Source: Felis catus
Lineage: Eukaryota
Direction: 5' to 3'
DNA length: 64,000 nucleotides
Assembly: GCF_018350175.1 (NCBI RefSeq)
Contig: NC_058375.1
Span: forward strand, 38,564,001 to 38,628,000
Below, piece after piece: positions 61,866 through 64,000 of the stretch. Numbering within the stretch: the first letter of the stretch is position 1; each line of letters starts with the position of its first letter. The translations under genes and the position numbers were made by a program. The notes under the pieces are model-generated. The model worked only from the letters and a program-made list of their open reading frames with translations. It was not told the DNA's origin and made no database searches.

Positions 61866-62945
61866 ATCCTTTCCTTCTTTCTTGACTTGGTGGTGCCCTA
61901 TCCTGGGGTAACAAGGCCAAGGAGGTCTCATGACATTCTTGTGAAGGGCTTTCTTGATCTTGCAAAACCCTAAACCTCCAGGTGGGAGAAACTGCTTCAG
62001 TGTCTGGTTTTGCACAGTCTTTGGTCATCAGGGGCCAGGATTGCAGGGTGAGCTCCATTTCATCTGTACCGGCTCTGTGCTGGGCTCAGGGCGTCAGAGA
62101 GGAACACACACATGGTAGCCCCTTTGAGCACTCACAGTCCAGCGAGAAAGATGGGTGCCCAGTGACGGTATAAGCTGATGAACTAGCAGAGGCATAAGGC
62201 AATTTATAACAGTGCTGACACATCACTGATTTCAGAAAACTATTTCAGTGGAGTCACTGTTCTCCCAAAGTAGGGAGAAATGTATGTAAGGGTGCGGTGG
62301 GGGATGCAGTGTGAACAAATCCCCACGGCCACTCTCATCAGGTTTGCAAACCAGCCCCACAAGCACCCCCCCCCCAAATTTCCCCAGCATGAAAATCCCA
62401 TCTCTGCTGAGTTCTGGACAGGCTGCAGGTGGCCACGAGTGAGAACTGCTGAGAAATTAATGGCAAGGAACCAAGGACAATGCTGCAGAAAAAGCTATGC
62501 TGGCATTTGTTCCTTGTGTAGCTTCTCTGATGACCATTGCAATGAGTCCAGAGGTGTCCCGCATGATTGCTGGTGATCTGGGCTCACTAAAAGTTTTTGG
62601 ATAAATTTCAGGTGCCCATTTCAGGGGGAGAGGAGGATAACCTTATCCAGATTCTTCCCACAGAAGAATCTATGTGGGAGTGGCCCAGGCCCTGGACGTT
62701 TATTACCCCCTTCTTCCCATAACACCATTGGCCTGATCCGGAAGACCCATGGCCTGCCCCCAAGGCAGGAGCTAAGGGACAGTCCTGTCCTTCCCACACT
62801 GGGATGGAGACACAATGACCCCAGGGTTTGTCTCTGCTCCATTCCTCTCCTTCCAACTTTGGGGTCCTTGCTTTAGTTCAGGTCTGGATTGGAGCCACAG
62901 CCTCCTACCAAATCTTTGACTTTTGCATTTATTTATTCAATAATT

Positions 62946-63153
62946 AAAATTTTTTAATGTTTATTTATTTTTGAGACAGAGAGAGACAGAACATGAGCAA
63001 GGGAGGGGCAGAGAGAGAGAGACAGAATCCGAAGCAGACTCGAGGTTCCAAGCTGTCAGCACAGAGCCCAACGTAGGGCTCGAACTCACAAACTGCGAGG
63101 TCATGACCTGAGCCGAAGTCAGATGCTTAAGTGACTGAGCCACCCAGGCGCCC
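62946..63153 (-). mobile_element. Felid SINEC inserted in an L2 tail
   Basis: Perfect 12-bp TSD tattcaataatt at 62934-62945 and 63154-63165. Confidence 0.96.
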
Positions 63154-63774
63154 TATTCAATAATTTTTTAAATGAATTTATACTGTATGCCACGTGCTGG
63201 GAATACAGCAGTGAACAAACAAGAAACCAAGATGCTGAAGTGGATAATGAATGTAAGTATGATAGAGTTTGTTAATTATTCACATATAAGAAGAACAGAG
63301 AGAGAAAATCCACAGCTCAATGTAGGTGCTTGTCAATAATTCTGGTTATTGTTTGGGGCAGGTGGGTATTGGTGCAGAGGGAGGATGTGGGGTTCTGATC
63401 TTTCTTTCTTCTATTTCATGTCCCTGGCCTTGGAAATGGACACAGCAGATAAGTGAAACAGGGAGGCTTTGCCCTACTGATTTCTTGAAATAGTCCCTCT
63501 TCCGTTATTTCATCCAGTCTACCGCCACCCCTGGGAGGCATATGGAAAATCCCATTTTCCACAGGGCAAAGTGAGTCTCAAAATGGTGAGACTCACCTCC
63601 AAAGTCACTAAGGCCTAGGCTGCTGACTTGGCTTTGAGGCCCAGGCACCCTGTCCATCCTTCTTACTCTCTATCCACAGCTTCTGCTGATCATGGCACAT
63701 TAGTTTGAAATCACCAAGATGTAATTACATTGCATTTATCATAATTATAATGTGGAAAAGCACCTTTGTTTAGA

Positions 63775-63962
63775 CAGGTGCTTCTCAAAGTGTGGTGCCC
63801 AGACCAGCAGCATCGGCATCACTCTCAGAACTGGATGGAAGTGTAATTTGTGAGCCTCACACCAGACCCGCTGAACGGCAAACTCTGGGGTGGGACCTGT
63901 GATCCGGGTGTCAGCAAGGCCTGTAGCTAATTCTAAAGCAGGCTGAAGTGTTAGAACCACCG
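63775..63962 (+). mobile_element. MER5A (hAT-Charlie MITE), near full length
   Basis: ttctcaaagtgtggtgcccagaccagcagcatcggcatcac...aaactctggggtgggacc...gaagtgttagaaccac; terminal inverted repeats recognisable. Confidence 0.88.
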
Positions 63963-64000
63963 GTAGAGAGGAAGAACATAGGATCTTGCCTCAGGAGACT

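Overview
Mammalian, almost certainly feliform/cat-family, non-coding DNA. It carries 16 tRNA-derived CanSINE (SINEC) copies, several of the felid SINEC_Fc type with target-site duplications (TSDs). Other repeats: a decayed carnivore-type L1 with its 5' end intact but its 3' half missing (about 48.4-52.3 kb); a much older, heavily decayed ~5 kb L1 (about 37-42 kb) with younger elements nested in it; ERVL/MaLR solo LTRs (MLT1F-, MLT1B-, LTR16A- and LTR16C-like); hAT-Charlie MITEs (MER20, MER5, MER33, MER102); and many MIR and L2 relics. There are two assembly gaps. I can support no host protein-coding exon, RNA gene, CpG-island promoter or CRISPR array. The ORF track (which accepts TTG/GTG starts) is noise except where it reads L1 relics. 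The window reads as a gene desert or large intron with several repeat-free, motif-dense blocks that look like conserved enhancers. I see no evidence of a new multi-gene system. The best leads are an unassigned fold-back element with 14-15 bp subterminal arrays (11.4-12.1 kb), a candidate 6-nt microexon whose acceptor sits in a hairpin (57.65 kb), candidate enhancers and CTCF sites, and the 3'-truncated L1. Repeat family names come from my recollection of consensus sequences, not from a search. Boundaries of old repeats are approximate.
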